A DNA stretch of 63,985 nt, filler included, from Catajapyx aquilonaris (GCA_000934665.2; 3 parts of 3 records of this genome joined end to end with filler, not necessarily neighbours in it); one strand, 5' to 3'. Positions 1-14,946 are shown, counted from the first letter of the whole stretch. The notes: a model not told the origin generated them from the sequence alone. A program made the numbers and translations.

Positions 1-3000
1 AACCGCCGACCGTTTTCAGTCTCCCGACGGCCAACAAAAGCCCGCATGGCGCCCATTTGCATGCTGACATATGTCACCCAGGACCCCGGCATAGTCTCCC
101 CTCTGCTATACGCAAATCAATTCCCACCACCTGAGCAGAAGCCAATCCAAGCAACTGTCAGGTACAACATCACATCTCCATAGGCACACACAGACTGTAC
201 CAAAAAAACAACAACAAAAAAACTTGATATGGCTTCATTATTCATCCGGCACAAATTACTGGATGTTGACAGTGCTATGTGAATCAGGATCAGGTGCGTG
301 GAAGTTGACTGTGAAATATATTTTTAACCCAAGTCTTTTTGGTATGATGCTCACGTTTCATACTTGGGCTTGTGCACCTGATTCAGCAGGATTTCCTGAT
401 GATGTCAGTTGACCAGTGTGTTCCATTTGTGTTGTGTCAAAAAAAAAAAAACTACCACTGATTTGGGAAAAGAAAAATAATACTTTTGATGCCATTAAAT
501 ATTTTAACAAAGAACTTGTCGTTCTCTGCTTATGTGACTGATATAAGTATACATGCAGGATTATAAGTTCTATACAAAACTCGAAACGGATTCTAAGAGG
601 TCCAAAATGGGCTTACATTAAACAAACACTGATAAGCACTTTTCTCTAAGTTCAGTACTATACGTTCCAAGTAAGAAATCAGCACTAATTTGTCTAGATG
701 TTAAAAGTACAGCTGATTATACGGTATGTCGACGAAAAGTGAGCATAAGCAATAACAAACTACTGTATTTCTAAAATTGAAAATGACTCTTGATATCCCG
801 AATTTAAAAACCGCCATGATTTTATTGCGAAGCTGCATTTTGTAATAATTTCTCAAGATGTTCATTTATGTAAAATTGTTATAGAAAATCAAGGCATAAT
901 ATCGGACAGCCGAAAAGAAACAGTTCGTCGTCTCCTAATTTTGAATGCACCAACATTATGTACAAGTATTGGTATATGACAAACATAACATTACCAATGG
1001 CTTAATTGCGTCAAATGGGTGATCCCGAGGTTGACCCTTCGTCTATAGAATTTCCAGATTTGACCAGGATAACTATATAACTTGACCTCTATTTTCAATT
1101 CAAATATGACGGCCTTTCAAAACAGACTTTTTCAACTCTGAACATCTTCATCAAGACAGAGTAGACCTATAAATAGTCATCTACTGGCTCTTCAGTATAA
1201 ACTGAACTCTCAAATGTAAGCATTCCTAACGGTTGATCTCGTGTGTATTGCAATGTCTGAATAGGGACAGGTGGCTTTTAATACGCCTTTTATAATTGCC
1301 CTCTAGGTGGCCACATTTACAAACGTAGCACGGATTTTCCAAGTCAGTATAATTATTCCCCCGGGAATATTCCCCAACTGGCTCCATATACGTATGAACA
1401 AGAAAATTCTGTCAAATATATAGGCTAACATTAACACCAAGTTCAAATCCGATAAAGCCCAGACACAGTTCAAAATATTACGAAAGAGCCAGATTTATTG
1501 AATTCACCTTTCTCATTACAAAGTCTAATGAAAATATATTTATCTAAAAAGGTCTTGACAGATTAGCAATATGTCGCTGTCATGTAAGACGAAACGTTAT
1601 GAGTTCGAATAAAAATCGCAATATTTCACTTCATTTACTGCAGGTATGGCTGAGATTTTTTGGCGATATTTACAAACAACACTGCTATTTCTTAATAAAT
1701 ATGCGGTTGATGCAACAAGTATGATGAATCACAGCAGAACTGATGTATAGTACATGCAAAGGGTAATATATTATATACACGTGGATGTGCGAAATCACTT
1801 GCGTTTGTGTATTCTGCACCCTTTTTCGCTGCAGCTGCAAAGCCGAGATGTTGACACATGAGTGATGCATATACAAGATGCTTTACAAACTTTCAGATGC
1901 AACAACAATATATTTTCTTGATCCCTTTAAGAATAACGTTACAAGCTGTTATGGGCGATACAGTCAATATTTCCATCAGATGTAAATGTAATCAACATTA
2001 TCTGCTATATTCGCCTATTGTGGAAGGTGACAGCAAGGAGCTTCCTCACTTTCATTTCAAGTGTTCTGCAAATGTTATGTTAGTGAGAATGTGAATTAGT
2101 AAATGTCATCAAAATAGCAACATCGGGTTGACCACCGGTAGTAATTAATAAGTGTTGCAATAAGTCATCTCGGCCATTTATTGGATAGCTTTGTTGGAAG
2201 ATTCTGAAAATTTGGCCCCAATATGAGAATTTCCTGAGCATAATATATTATGGAAGAATCAGTTATGCCGTGTTACAAAACTCATGGTTGTCAAATGTAA
2301 ACTACCGTAAAGCAATAGTATTAATGATTTTTCTTGTCGTAAGTCATATACGATGCAGAACTAATCCAAAAAGTTGCGCGTGAATTAGCTACTGGCATTT
2401 CTCATGCAGCCCTGAGTGTGTTTGTCATAAGTGTCAATTAATTGTTTTCATGCAAAGAATTCACCGTAACTATTCAAAAATGCTACATCAGTATACTTAA
2501 GATGCAGCTGCCATACAGTGTATACACATATCATCTGATGCTCCCCAACAATTTAATAATGCGTCAGCAATTGAAAGAACTTTCATATGTACTAATAACC
2601 GAATAAGAAAATACAGTATTGACATTAGCAAGAATGTCAACAAATCATTAGAGAGAAACATTTTTGTTGCGGCTGCTATAAAAAATTACGGTATTTTTCA
2701 GTTGTAACCTTGGTAAGTTTTTAAAAACTCGTTCTTCTAACAAAACGTCTGGGGTATAACGATATTAGACGATACGTGATTTCAAGACTATAAGTTCCGT
2801 ATAGAACACATGAAATAATACGTGGTTCTGATAAAAAATAGGCGATTATTGCTCTCGTCAACATTTCTCAAACTCGCGCAACTTATGCGTATTATATAAT
2901 GACTATTGTAGCAGATTACAGTAATTCTGCGAATTATCCTTTTTATAAAGGTATATATGCTAATTGATTGCCATCAATTAACTGCAGTGTCTACATAATA

Positions 3001-3903
3001 CAATAAAACTTACGCACAACCGTCACAGGGTGAGTCACTGAATCCCCCTCGAAACTGCTGTCACATTGCAAGTACAAAGTCTGCTATATTATTAATGCAA
3101 CTCACCAGGCATGACATCTATGGCTGCCAGAGCTGCAATATAACACTTAACACAACGTTCGAGTTGTTATCATAATTGGCCAACATGTCATATCACTGCC
3201 AGAGGATTTTATGCCTCGTACCGTATGTGGCAGCAGCATTCGTGAAAAAAAAAAAAACACCTCACATGCTCTGGTGCATGCAAGTCGATACAATGCATGT
3301 AAGTAATACATCTGGTCGCAAATTGGCTTTTGGTGAACCAAATGGCGGTATCACGTGAATAGCCCACTAATTTAGAGCGAGCAACAGTTCCGTGCAAACA
3401 GCTCTAAATGCAAGCCCATAAAAAGTGTTGTGGATGAACTCCAGCGCTTGAAATATGAGCTTTTAATTGGCACGCACACCTCGTGTTTTACTATACGTCT
3501 CCCAGACGAGTGTTAGCACGGCAATTGGCACAAAGTGAGTGACGCTTTTTTTCCAAGGGGAGGGAAAAACATGCCTTTTGGCGGCAACTCCACCTGCCCC
3601 ATTCACACACTCGCCTATAAAACCCCCCTACCCATACACACAACCGTTTCACACACCCCTATGGAAATGCACCACCGAAGGCCTTACTAATTAGTACGCT
3701 TGTGTCAAATTTGACAACTGTCCAGCTGCCATAGCACTCTATTCTAATTGGTTTATAATATCCCACAACTCGCTTCTATCACACTATAGCCTAACATCCA
3801 CTCGCATATGAAATCAGGAATTAATCACATACGTGCAATTAGCAGTTCAAGTTTCGGCCACATATCCTGCTGCTATGCAACCATCCGCACCGGGTTTATT
3901 TTG

Positions 3904-3956
3904 ACACCTATTACTACACCTATTACACCTATACACCTATACACCTATACACCTAT
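3904..3956. repeat. Short tandem repeat (TACACCTA)n
   Basis: About six imperfect copies of acacctat/tacaccta in tandem, inside the intron downstream of the candidate exon. Confidence 0.8.
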
Positions 3957-3988
3957 TGTCATACTGCAAGAAACATTTGTGAACCGAC

Positions 3989-4080
3989 CTGTAGTATGGA
4001 AAAGCGTGAGGCACGTGGAGGTCCATGGGCACGTGAGTATGCGAGTGGTGCGCGGGGAATCCATCCCCAGGTTGCATCAT
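3989..4080 (-). CDS. Candidate first coding exon of a transcription factor, possibly rotund/lin-29-like zinc-finger protein (partial gene; no further exons found in this scaffold)
   Basis: Encodes MMQPGDGFPAHHSHTHVPMDLHVPHAFPYY(R) and ends at a phase-2 donor TACAG|GTCGGT. GC-rich relative to flanks; frame open upstream to a possible acceptor at 4164. The His-rich PMDLHVP..FPYYR motif resembles, from memory, N-termini of arthropod Rotund-like proteins; not verified. Confidence 0.5.
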
Positions 4081-4893
4081 GGTTCCGCACGCATGTGAGA
4101 TCAGCCCTGACACAGCAGCAGCACACTCCTCCGTCTTGTCCTTCTTTACCGCATACACTGGCACCTACGCACAATTGGGCACGCACTCACTAGTCTCCAG
4201 TGTCAGTGGGGAGCCCCCAACAGGCGGCTGTGTCGGCTGGGGCTGGAAAGAAGGAGCGATCAGAAGAGACGGGGGACCACGTGTCTGGGCCCAGCCCTAC
4301 TGACACAACCGACGTCACTCAGCACCAGGCTCCCGCATATGCCCCGCCTCCTTCCAACCCATTCAGCCTATCCGAGAAGCCCATTCTGCACACGTGACGT
4401 ACCACAGGAAGGGGGAAGGAGCTGGCCCCGTCCAGTGCCCTCCCTCCAAGTTCCTCCCATTACCTCGATTGCAGAATACGACCATCATGCTAGTTATTTG
4501 CCACTTTCATCCCAGCCCGTTGGTTCTATTCACCTATGCACACCTATGCACACCACCCATAATGTGCCACCTGACGTTAAGAAGTACTTTCTGATACACA
4601 TGCGGCATATTTTTTAAAGGGTGTATCCCATGAGAAAAGGTGTGTGTGTTACCGCGTGTGTCTAGGGGCAGGTCAGTGTGTCTCTCGTTACTGGTTGCTC
4701 ATCCATACATTTTTGACTTGTTTTGGGCCCAGGAAGGGGATGGTGGAGGCGGGATGTCCCACAGTAAGACACACCTTGCATAGTAGGCCTCCTTGTGCAG
4801 CAGGGTCAAGTCTTCGTATAGTGCTGCGTATAGTGCTAATGGTCCCTGGTAAAATCTCGTATGCTACTGGATAAAAAGGGTCATATGATCATG

Positions 4894-5064
4894 ATGCATC
4901 TATATCATGATTGTGTCAGAAAATGTTTTTGCCTGACGTATCCTGGCGCTCTAGCAACCATCAACATTCCAGTGTTGTCCCCTCACCTTAGGCGAGTGCT
5001 GATGGTTGCATCGTGCCAGGATACATCTGGTTGAAACTTTTTTTTGCCATACACTGTAGTGCAT
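4894..5064. mobile_element. Degenerate hairpin MITE
   Basis: Imperfect inverted arms: gtatcctggcgc/gtgccaggatac and gcaaccatcaacat/gtgctgatggttgc, with further weak pairing outward. Confidence 0.45.
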
Positions 5065-6294
5065 TAGTTAATTGTGTTCTATAATTGAAAGATACGTGAC
5101 CAGAGGCCTAAATATTCACCCGACTCATCTGAATTCGCGCTGGGGTACCCAAGACACGTTTTGTTTTTGTTCTGAACCAATTATTATCAAGGAATATTAT
5201 ATGCTTCAATAATGACCAAAATGACTCTGTTAAGGTAACTGGGCCATCTAGAGCGCGCTCAAAGTGTGGAACGACTGCAGAAACGGGGCTAACCACAATA
5301 CCTAGCTTTTTTACAGGGTGGTCCTAAATGAGCGAATTTCCTGTCGACCATAATAGATAGGTTCCTTGCCAATTATGAGACTTACCCCATAGTTTATATT
5401 TGCCATTTCAGTTCCATATGGAGATAATTGCATAACAATGTAGTAATCCATATGCATGTTATAGAGAATTTCTTGTTTAACCAATCCAAAGTAACTGATT
5501 TAAACTAAGCAGCTTAGAACAAAACAAAAATCACGAATCACTACTACGAACACTTCAGTTGGCACCCTGCTGTATACCAATTTTGGGGCAGGAGACATAC
5601 GAAAAGAGACAGTCTTTTCTTTCTTTTATATCAGTGTCTTCTTTTCTATACCTCAATATGTCCCACCAATGTATAATTTTAATAGCCAGACAGCATTAGT
5701 TCTTTTTGGCTCCTTCCCACTCAAGCAAACAAGTTAACAAACAAATAAACAGTGGTGAGCATAATGATGGAGACGAACTTGTCCAGAAGAAACAACGAGC
5801 TCACTTTAAAACTGGAGATATATCTGCCCCAATTCTAAAATACAGGATCACTGAGACGTCATAATATTCCGATTCCTGCATGAAACTCTATATATACGTC
5901 TATCGTGCAATAGCTCATTTCCACATTGGGCCAGAGACATCCCCAGCAGTATTACATTAAGTTACAACAGTTACTTATATAAATAGCTGGTCTTAGTGAG
6001 TATCAAAAGAATTATAGCTGATATATTATAGGTTGTATGGAACGATCCTTTTTATAACGTCTTCAAGAAAGTCTGCCCTGCAAAACTGGGTTGATTCATT
6101 GACGTTCTATGCCAATGTTTCCAATGGGAGATTCCCAATAGCAGTTTCATTGCAAAATTCGGCCTAATATTAGCGGATAATACTTTTAATAACTACCAAA
6201 AGTTACAACTCCAAAGCAACTGCTCAAAAATAAACAGCTTAAAGACAAAATGGTTAACTAAAACGAAAATTTCAATATGAATAGGAAGACGCTG

Positions 6295-6660
6295 TATTTT
6301 TTATTTATTATTGATTTATTCTACGCCCCGTGATACAACTATAAGCCGTTATAGGGGGGTGGCACACCACCATCAGTTTTCTAGTGTTTCTAACTTGTTT
6401 CTTTTCTCACCGGTGCGGTGCAAGGAAACTTAGGGTAAGGATATGGATTTTTGGGGAGGGAACATGGGTACTCGTACAAGTGCAATGTCTGTAAAGGGTT
6501 CATGTGCTATTCCCCAGGAGGTTAGGTTGCCAGACACCTGCAAGGCGCGGGTCAGGCACCCTCCTGACGCAGGTGAAAGGGAAATCCGAGGCGGGGATCG
6601 AACCTGGGACCCTTCACTCAGCAAGCCGAGACGTTACTATCTCGGCCACCACACCTCCCC
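6295..6660 (-). mobile_element. tRNA-derived SINE
   Basis: Minus-strand head ggggaggtgtggTGGCCGAGATAG...GGTTCGATCCC (Pol III A and B boxes), 3' stem-loop cccc...acgggg and an (AATA)n-type tail. ggaagac occurs near both ends (possible TSD). Confidence 0.8.
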
Positions 6661-7855
6661 GGAAGACTAGGCCTGAACACAAAAAAGATATCAGAGTCTA
6701 CACTCTTCTATTTGTGGTGAAAAAAGATTTCGCTCGTCAAATCGCTCACGATGTAAACGCAGATTAATCGTATTTATTGACTTTGAATTGAACTGTTCCC
6801 TCGTTCAAATTCATGCGCGAATAAGGTAAAAGGCTAATAGGACATTATAAATACATTACTGTCAATAAAACAGCAATCAGAACTCAGATCTCCATGAGAC
6901 TCAGCAACCCTTAACAGATAGATTGTTCCTGAAATAACAGCTGGAGTGAAATGGGCTGGCATCTTTGAAGTATGAAGGTTGAGCAGGAGACGTATACTCT
7001 GCAGATGGTAACAGTTTGCCAGAATGCATATTGGTAGAGGGTTGATGGCATCTGCCAGCAGGGGAATTTGTAGAGTGATTTGACCATATTTGCGAGGTGG
7101 TGCTATATAGGCAAAGTGTGGTGGTGCATTAGAATGGAAGCAGCATCATCCAGCAGCCAGACCGAGTGACACATGCTGTGACGGATGGCCCAGCTCTCAT
7201 TGAGTAATAAGACCAGCAATAAACGGGAAGACCAGTTGCATCCTATTGATCTCTCTTTCTCTCCGATGGATGCTGCCAGAGGGGGAGTTTGCAGGCAAAT
7301 CATATATAGCCTCCAGCTCAGATCGCATACGATAAGAAGGATCATCTGGAGAAGAGCGACGAAAAATCCCATCGAATACCATCGATTTCCTTCGTCTTTC
7401 TACCCTGCTCCCCCTAGCCAGCGAATGTTATTTGGAGAGGGTTTGTGGGGGATCAAGTGGGCTTTACCACTAGCCCACTTTTCCGTCTTATTTCCCAATC
7501 ATCCAGCTCACGTTTACATGCGCAATCTCCGTCTCAACCTAAGCTTTTTAGCTACCTTTATATACGCTTGACGTCACCGGAGCTGGAAGCTTTTTCTGCC
7601 AATTCCTAAGCATCCAACGCTGGCTTCTTTCGAAAGTCATGCTGCCTTTTGGGATTCCTCTAACCTAGTTTCACTCAACCTCGAAACTCACTTTAGATCA
7701 AATACAGTACCGTGAGACTCAAATATGTGATGTCCAAAAAGAATATATCGTGGACATACAGGAGAAATTTAGGCTTCTGGAGTGACAGATTTGTCAACTT
7801 ATCCTATACAAATTAATTATGAAATTTCAATTAATTTGAGTAAAATATTAATCAA

Positions 7856-8313
7856 ATGGGGGTCCTAGCCTTGTCCTGAGATTTTGGTAATTTGTACACG
7901 AATAGCTCAACGATACATATAAACATGTATTCCACCACTTTTCGGCACCAAAATGTCATTCCTCGATTAATTATCAGGGGTTTAAAAGTCACTGGCAAAT
8001 TGGCGGGAAAAAAGGGGGCGTGGCCTCTGACAACAGTGACGTCAGCAGGCCGTTGGCTCGCGCTCGTTCGATTCTGTTGTTAGGCAACAATCAAAGGAAC
8101 AAAGCAACCCGGGTGCATTCCTGCCTCTGCATGTTTATTTTTTTGACCCGAGTGACGTCAGAGGGCAATACGATGCCGCATAATTATTATGATCTTAGAT
8201 CGATCATAGCTCGAAAACTAATAATTATTTCTTCAAACAAAAAACACCAAAATTCATTTAAAAATAAGGACGATTTTTTTACACGGGTTTACAAAATGTA
8301 GGATAGGACCCCA
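7856..8313. mobile_element. Possible non-autonomous DNA transposon relic
   Basis: Short inverted ends atgggg(g)gtcctagcct / aggataggaccccat, with two internal TGACGTCA motifs. Confidence 0.3.
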
Positions 8314-9512
8314 TTGTCCTGTCACAGGGTATGAAAAAAAAAATCAAATATCAATCAAATCGACAAAAAATTCATTTCGCCAGAAGATAACATTTTCACC
8401 CCCAAAATCATGAGCTAGTGTATAGTAAAAAGTACTCAAAAACGAGACAACCAAAGTTTATCTTCATCTAAAAGTTTTTTTCCCCCCTTCACATTTTACC
8501 CCTTTCATTTAGGGTGGAAATGCATGAAGCATGGGTCTGATATGACTTACTTAGGGGGGAGGGGGGGAAGTAAAACAAGAATGTAAGAGAGCGTTCATAT
8601 TACAGAATGGTGGCAACAAGTGAGAGAATTGGAATGATGGGCATGAAGGCCCTCCCAGCAGAAGGAAGAAATGCAAATGAGGAGAACTGATTTGCTATGC
8701 GACGCGACGGGAAGACGGTGCTATACAATAAGTGCGGCGAAAGGGAGAGAATGAGGGAGAGGGAGAAGAAGAGAGGGCCCCAAATGAGAAGGGAGCTAAA
8801 TCGTCCTGAAATTAACTACCCGATTATTTTTTTAAAGGGCAGCTGAGGCCGTCCTTTTGGCCTCGCTTCCTGCACTCGGGCTCTCCTCCATTATATAAAA
8901 GAGATTCAGAACCTTAGAAGGGGGAATTTTAACTTCCTCTAATCTGCTTCATTCACACGTCTCCCTTCTGTATAACTATACTCCCCAACTTCTGTTGCAA
9001 AGTGGGGGAGAACTCTGAAACAAAGAATCATCCTAACGGAAATCAGACACCACCACTTGACATTGTCCTAATCTTTACCAATTTGTTCAGTCATGTTGTA
9101 GTTTCATTTACATTTTAAATTGATTTTTAAAAATAAAATTCAATTTTGATTAAAAATGTTTCACGCTCTAACAATGACAACCTTGTTTGACGAGCAATTA
9201 TAACTTTGATGCGCAAAAGTGCCATTTGATTTGCATGGGACGAGTTGTAAACCACGAGTATGTGCTTTGAAAACCGAGTACACACCATGCACACACAATT
9301 TGTAACAATTTAGTCGAAAACCGGTTTGATTGAGTGGCCCTAACATTTATCAAAGCAATCTAGTTCTTCCAATTTCATACCGACAATCACTGGGAATGGT
9401 TTCCAAATATGTCCATGGAGTAGTGATTTTAATTTAAAATTAACTTAACAGTGCTGTAGTCAATTTATTTCGCAAAATATTCCTGTCATCCAGTAGCATT
9501 TAAGCGACCAAG

Positions 9513-9744
9513 CGTCAGACTGCTTGCGACATTTATTTGATGCGGCAGAAGTGCATATTGATAGTGTGAGCCGTGCGAGTAAGAAGAGGTAGGCATTGAG
9601 TGACGTCACCGGCTGGGGGGCAATGGAGAAAAGGCTTGTCCCCCAGCCAGTGACGTCACCCAAGGGCTACCATTTCTTACTCTCACGACCCGCACTTCGA
9701 TTTGCACGTCTGCCGCATAGGAAAATGTCGCTGGCAGTATGACG
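9513..9744. mobile_element. Foldback MITE (~230 bp), PIF/Harbinger-like
   Basis: Arms pair along their length: cgtcagactgc/gcagtatgacg, tgcggcaga/tctgccgca, gagtaagaa/ttcttactc, gtgacgtcaccggctggggg/cccccagccagtgacgtcac. Confidence 0.75.
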
Positions 9745-12700
9745 GAATTAATATCCAGCACTGTACATGTCTCTAGTTGTTATAATTGACATAGTGTCAC
9801 CATAACGAGACACACAGTGTGGGAAATACAGGTGAGAAAAAGGGACAAGTGGAGTGTGTGGCATCCACAAGGGGTTCCAAAAAAAAGGGTAGTGGAGAGA
9901 AATGGAAGGCAGCAGGCAGCAGGATGGGCGAGTAGCCACCTGGAGAGAGATGGATGGCGCAGTCCTTGTGGCCTCCCGCCCCCGCCATCTATTTCCTCTC
10001 TATTTGCATAGCAACGAGCGAGTCTAATGAGGCACTCTTCAGGGGGGCCTCCCCCACACACCTTCCACTTCATCTCTGCCCATATCAGCCTAACCACGAA
10101 TGAAAATCATCAGCATCGGACCCAACATAAGACTGACTCTCTTGTCTCAACATGTGGAATTTTTTTCTTTTCTTTTTAAGAAGGTGAGGGCATACCCCTG
10201 GGAGGTCAGTAAGCATAGAGAGAGTATAAATCATATGGGGCTGGGAGGCGGGTCTAGTCGCCATTCGGGGGAAATTTATTTAAGCCCCTTTGCCAGACCA
10301 GGTGAGGGAGGTTTAATTGAAACAGAGGCCCCCATCCACAAGACTGCAAAGCCTCATCTTCCACATACAAAAGTTAATTATTACCGAGTCCAATTGATGA
10401 ATAGCTTAAAAGGGCCAGTCTCGTGATTTGGGAAGATTCTTTTTTCGAGCCTAGGTGTTTGTAATTGAATTTTATACACACCTCCGTTAAGAGGCCGGGG
10501 GTCCACTTGTTTCGTCCCGTTTGGCTCAATTTGTTCCCTTCTGGTCACATTACCATTTTTTTTAAACACCTCAACCTCCATACAGGTGGTCTGACAATCA
10601 ACACCCCACACCATGCCAACATTTTCATAATTGGATATTTGCTTGAAGAAATGAGCCTACATTAAAAGGACCACACTACTTAAACAAAAAAAAAGGCAGT
10701 GAGCCGTGCCATCAAGATTATAACTATTGTCAATACTAACGCCCTTGAATAGACTGCGGAATCCGGCTCAATTTCCTGCAGGAAGTTACATATCTACAGC
10801 TAACGGGGTGGGAATCCCATTGCAAGAAAGAGAATTCGGTGAGAAAAAAATTCGCACTCACAGTTTGCCGCTCATTAAACGCGTGAAATAATTGACAAGG
10901 ATATTTGTGAGTAGGCCATCATTCTGCAACTACTAAGCAGGGGGTCGCTATTTTTTTATTATTAATTTGGAGATATCTTTTTTGATGCTTAGTAGCAGTT
11001 AATCCAGGTGGTACACAAAGGGCGGAAAGAAACAGAATAGTTAGCAATTTTCCAGTAATAAGATTAGGAATCGAAATAAAGGCATATACGATTTCCCATA
11101 TAAAAGAGTAGAGCTAAGGAGTGTAAATCAGAAGCTAATTGATGGACGCATAATATCTAGGGACGGAAGCTTTTAATTACGCCACTTTCTTAGCTTCCTG
11201 TTCTGCGCCGTAAATTTCCACCCGCCGTTTGCCTCTAATTGCATTTTTTTCTTCCAATTGGACAAAGGAGGAAGGAAGCCCAATCCATGCTTGGCGGCCT
11301 TTATGTCTGGTCCTACTCTCCCAATTAGACGGCCCCCTGGATTAATTGCCCACTCGTTAAGTCCTATCGCTAGGACTCATCTCACTGCCAATTTCTTGTC
11401 ACTCGGATTCGCACCAAGCCCACAGGTAAACTCCTATATATGCAGGAATGTGATACACTGTTCATATCGATGGAGTCTTAATTTTAATTTAATATTTTAA
11501 CGGTCCATTGTGAGGCACCCTTATATACTGCGCCTTATTGAGGCACCGGGGGTCCCCGTTTGACACGAGCAGAATGCAATTTGATCTGGCGTGAACACCC
11601 GACAGACTTGTATTCTATACGTAGAATCCAGCCTATAACCAACCGAACCTATTGTTGGAGCTGGTGATCTGGATATGATGAAGTAAAGTCCTGGGAGTGT
11701 ATTCGGAGGGAATGGGCCCTTGGGAGCGACTCCATCCGTCGGAGCAATAAAAGGCAATAAAGCAGCCGAGTGTGTAATTCGAGGCCAAGATGGCTTCCGT
11801 CGCAGTCTGATTTGCATACGTCGCCTATAATATATATCTGGGAAAAAGGCAGATGGGGGCAAGTTTCTAGGATCCAATTGTCATGGGTTGGTTGGATGAG
11901 ACGTATTTGTCTTCTGTAGTTTTTGAAGCGGGGGGAACATTTCCCCATATACACCTGCTGATGTCACCCTATGCTGCCCCCCCCCCCCCCCCNCAAATAG
12001 GCAACATTATGTTCCTTCGGCTCCGGCGGCAGGCTGCATGTAGTCCCTGGCTCATAAATTCAAACCGGTTTGTGGACACGCAACTTCTCTCGTTACCGCA
12101 TGCGTGGAGAATCTATGGTATCCTGTTCCTCCTCCACTGCTTTTTTTTTTCCTTTTTGTAATTTTTTTTTGTGGTGGACACGTTTTGAGGCTCAAATTGA
12201 ATTTATAGTGGGAAGGAGTTATCGGTTGATTGGAATGCAGTCTTGGGGACCGCAGCCTCGTATATTTACAAAGCTCTTGGGATGCCTCGTGTAGCAGAAG
12301 CTGCAGTGTCCCACTCGAGACGGCCTCGACCATACGGGAAGGTCAAGTCATCAGGTTCACTGGCATGGGGTACTCTGGCTAAACCGGAATTGATTGGCTA
12401 GCAATATGGTCTCGACTGCTACGTTGTCAGTAATTGGCTAAAATTTGCAATTCATAAATTTATGACTTTTTTTTATTTTTTACAAATAGTACTGGTAGCA
12501 TCCTAATTAAAATCAGTGAAAGTAGCTAGTTAGGTGATTCGCAAGAAGTGTGGGGGAGGAGTAGGAAGTGATGGAGAGAGAGAGAGAGAAAGAAGAAGAA
12601 GAAAAGAGAGGTGCATTGGATGTGCCAGAGACTTTCCTAAGAAATGGGGCTTGAAATGAAGGCGGCGGCTTGGATTCCCAATCTCTTCGGGAAATGGGTT

Positions 12701-14946
12701 GGCGGGCGATTGGGAAAGGAAGGTCCGTGAGCGGGCTGCCGAATGTCCCACAAAAACCTAGTGCAATCCTTTTTGACTCTTCCACTTCCCCAAATCACTT
12801 TGCTATAATGCCAACCCATCTTCCTTCAGACTCCCTGTTCTTCCCCCCCCCCTCCCCTCACTATACACGTAACTTTCAGATAAATTATCAGATTCCATTT
12901 TTCTCACTGATAAATATTGGTCCAGCAGAGTAGCAATTGAATAGGTTTTATGATAGCTTAAACATGATGAGTAATTTCTGGTCACGAAGTAAATTGATTG
13001 GTTTGATGATGGGAAAGTTGAGGCAATGTGGTTTGGTGTGTAGAGGTTAGTTGGGGACACACATGTGATGAGGCAGCAGGCTCAGCCAGCAAGTTGTATA
13101 AGCTGGGTGCGAAGGGAGAGGGCAGGTGCGATCGTTGAGCCCAGGGGACAGGGAACCTGTTCCAAAAGGCCTCCTGGGCCGCCGCCTCACAACATCACCC
13201 TTCTGCCTCCCCATGCATATATTCACACACTTTAAAAGGCACTATTTTCACCTCTTACATTTTGGTACCAGTACATATAATATTTCAAATTGATCAACAA
13301 TATGTGCATACATTAAACTGTAACCTGCAGCCTCGACTCGAGCCAGAACTTCATATGACAAGGTCAACATGGTATTATAATATTATTAAAAAAAGTAACT
13401 CCGAATAGTGTGCCAACTGCATGAATTCGGCGAGTACAGCAAAGCAGGAAGAATTTCCACGAAGGACGGCTTCATTGGCAAAGAAGTGAGGAAAAAAAAA
13501 CTCAGAGTGAGAGGACTGCAATTTGGGAGTTGGAGCCATTACAGTGCTGGCCCTGGGGCAGATGGCCATAACTCCAGCAGACCTGCATTTTGCTCTCATT
13601 TTCCTAGCCTAACCCTTCGCCTGGCCTAGGGCTGCGTGCATGAAACCTTACAGTACTTCTCACTAGTATTTTGCTCATTCCGAATCACGTTTCATCGCCT
13701 CCAACACTGCTATTATACATGACTACGTGAATTGCACCGTTGGCCTCTTATACCTTCAGCAGCACCTGACATGACGGCGAGTTAATACTCTGGGAGCCCC
13801 AGCAAGAAGCAAACAGCATCACGGTAATTAATCGCAGCTGAATTAGCCTGGGCTAGCTCAGCGTGCAGGTAATTACACGCATCGGAAAAGGTGCTTCCGA
13901 AAGGTGCGGGCCATCTACAAATTGCTTCACTTTTTTTTGCGGGGATTGTAATAACGCTTATTTTTGATTGAAATCGTTCACATCATGATCGTAATAATTT
14001 TGTGCAGGCGCATGGAATGATAATAATGCATTATATAGCATGATGTACCACCGTTGCAAATTATAGCTAATGGTTATTCCTGCTGGCTTATAGAATCCGT
14101 GTGGATGCACAGCACTGTTAGTAGGCTGGTCTGACTGATAAACACGCTATCCTGTAAAATAACAGAAGTCTATACACTATTATATCAAATGGATGACGTG
14201 CATTGGGTGTTCAATTAAATGCTCGCATGTCCAAAGTCCCATTGAAAAAAAAGGCTACTTGCACCTTATGGGAATTAATTGATTCAAATGCACAATATAT
14301 ATTTTGTCAGATCTACAAGAGTAAGTTTTCTCTACTTAATTTAATTCAGGCATTGGAATTTAGAAATGCATGACGGTTTGTGCATTCTTGAGATTCTGAA
14401 AATGAAAATATGCCTCGTGGTTCTTATATACATTGATCCCACACATATAACCGGCGACACGCTTTCTTAACTTCATTTGGCCCTGGTCAGTATTAAATTA
14501 TATGGTTGAAGGATAATTAAGATCCTGCTGACAAATGCAACAGATATGCTGGTAATTGTCATTTTTCATGTTCCTTTCATTTACGGTACAGGATAAATCT
14601 ACTATTTTTATTGCTATAGGTCTATCATTTGGCTACTCTTTCATAACAGGAGACTCAGCACTTTTACCTACTTTTCTATAGGCGTGTATCCGCTGAAGGG
14701 TAGGAGTGTATCCGCTGAAGGATATGTGTGTATCCTCTGGGAAGGACGGTTAGGTCATAAGTTAAGTTGGTGCAGCGTGCCCTTACCCCTGCCACATACG
14801 GTCTTCCATTACTAAAGTCCTTCCTATCATTTTATTTATGTATTTATAATACATTTATATGTATTTATTTATTTATGTATTCTGATGCTATAGATTTTTA
14901 GAATATGAATAAGGTTGGTCGCTTATGTAATTTAATACCGGCAAGA

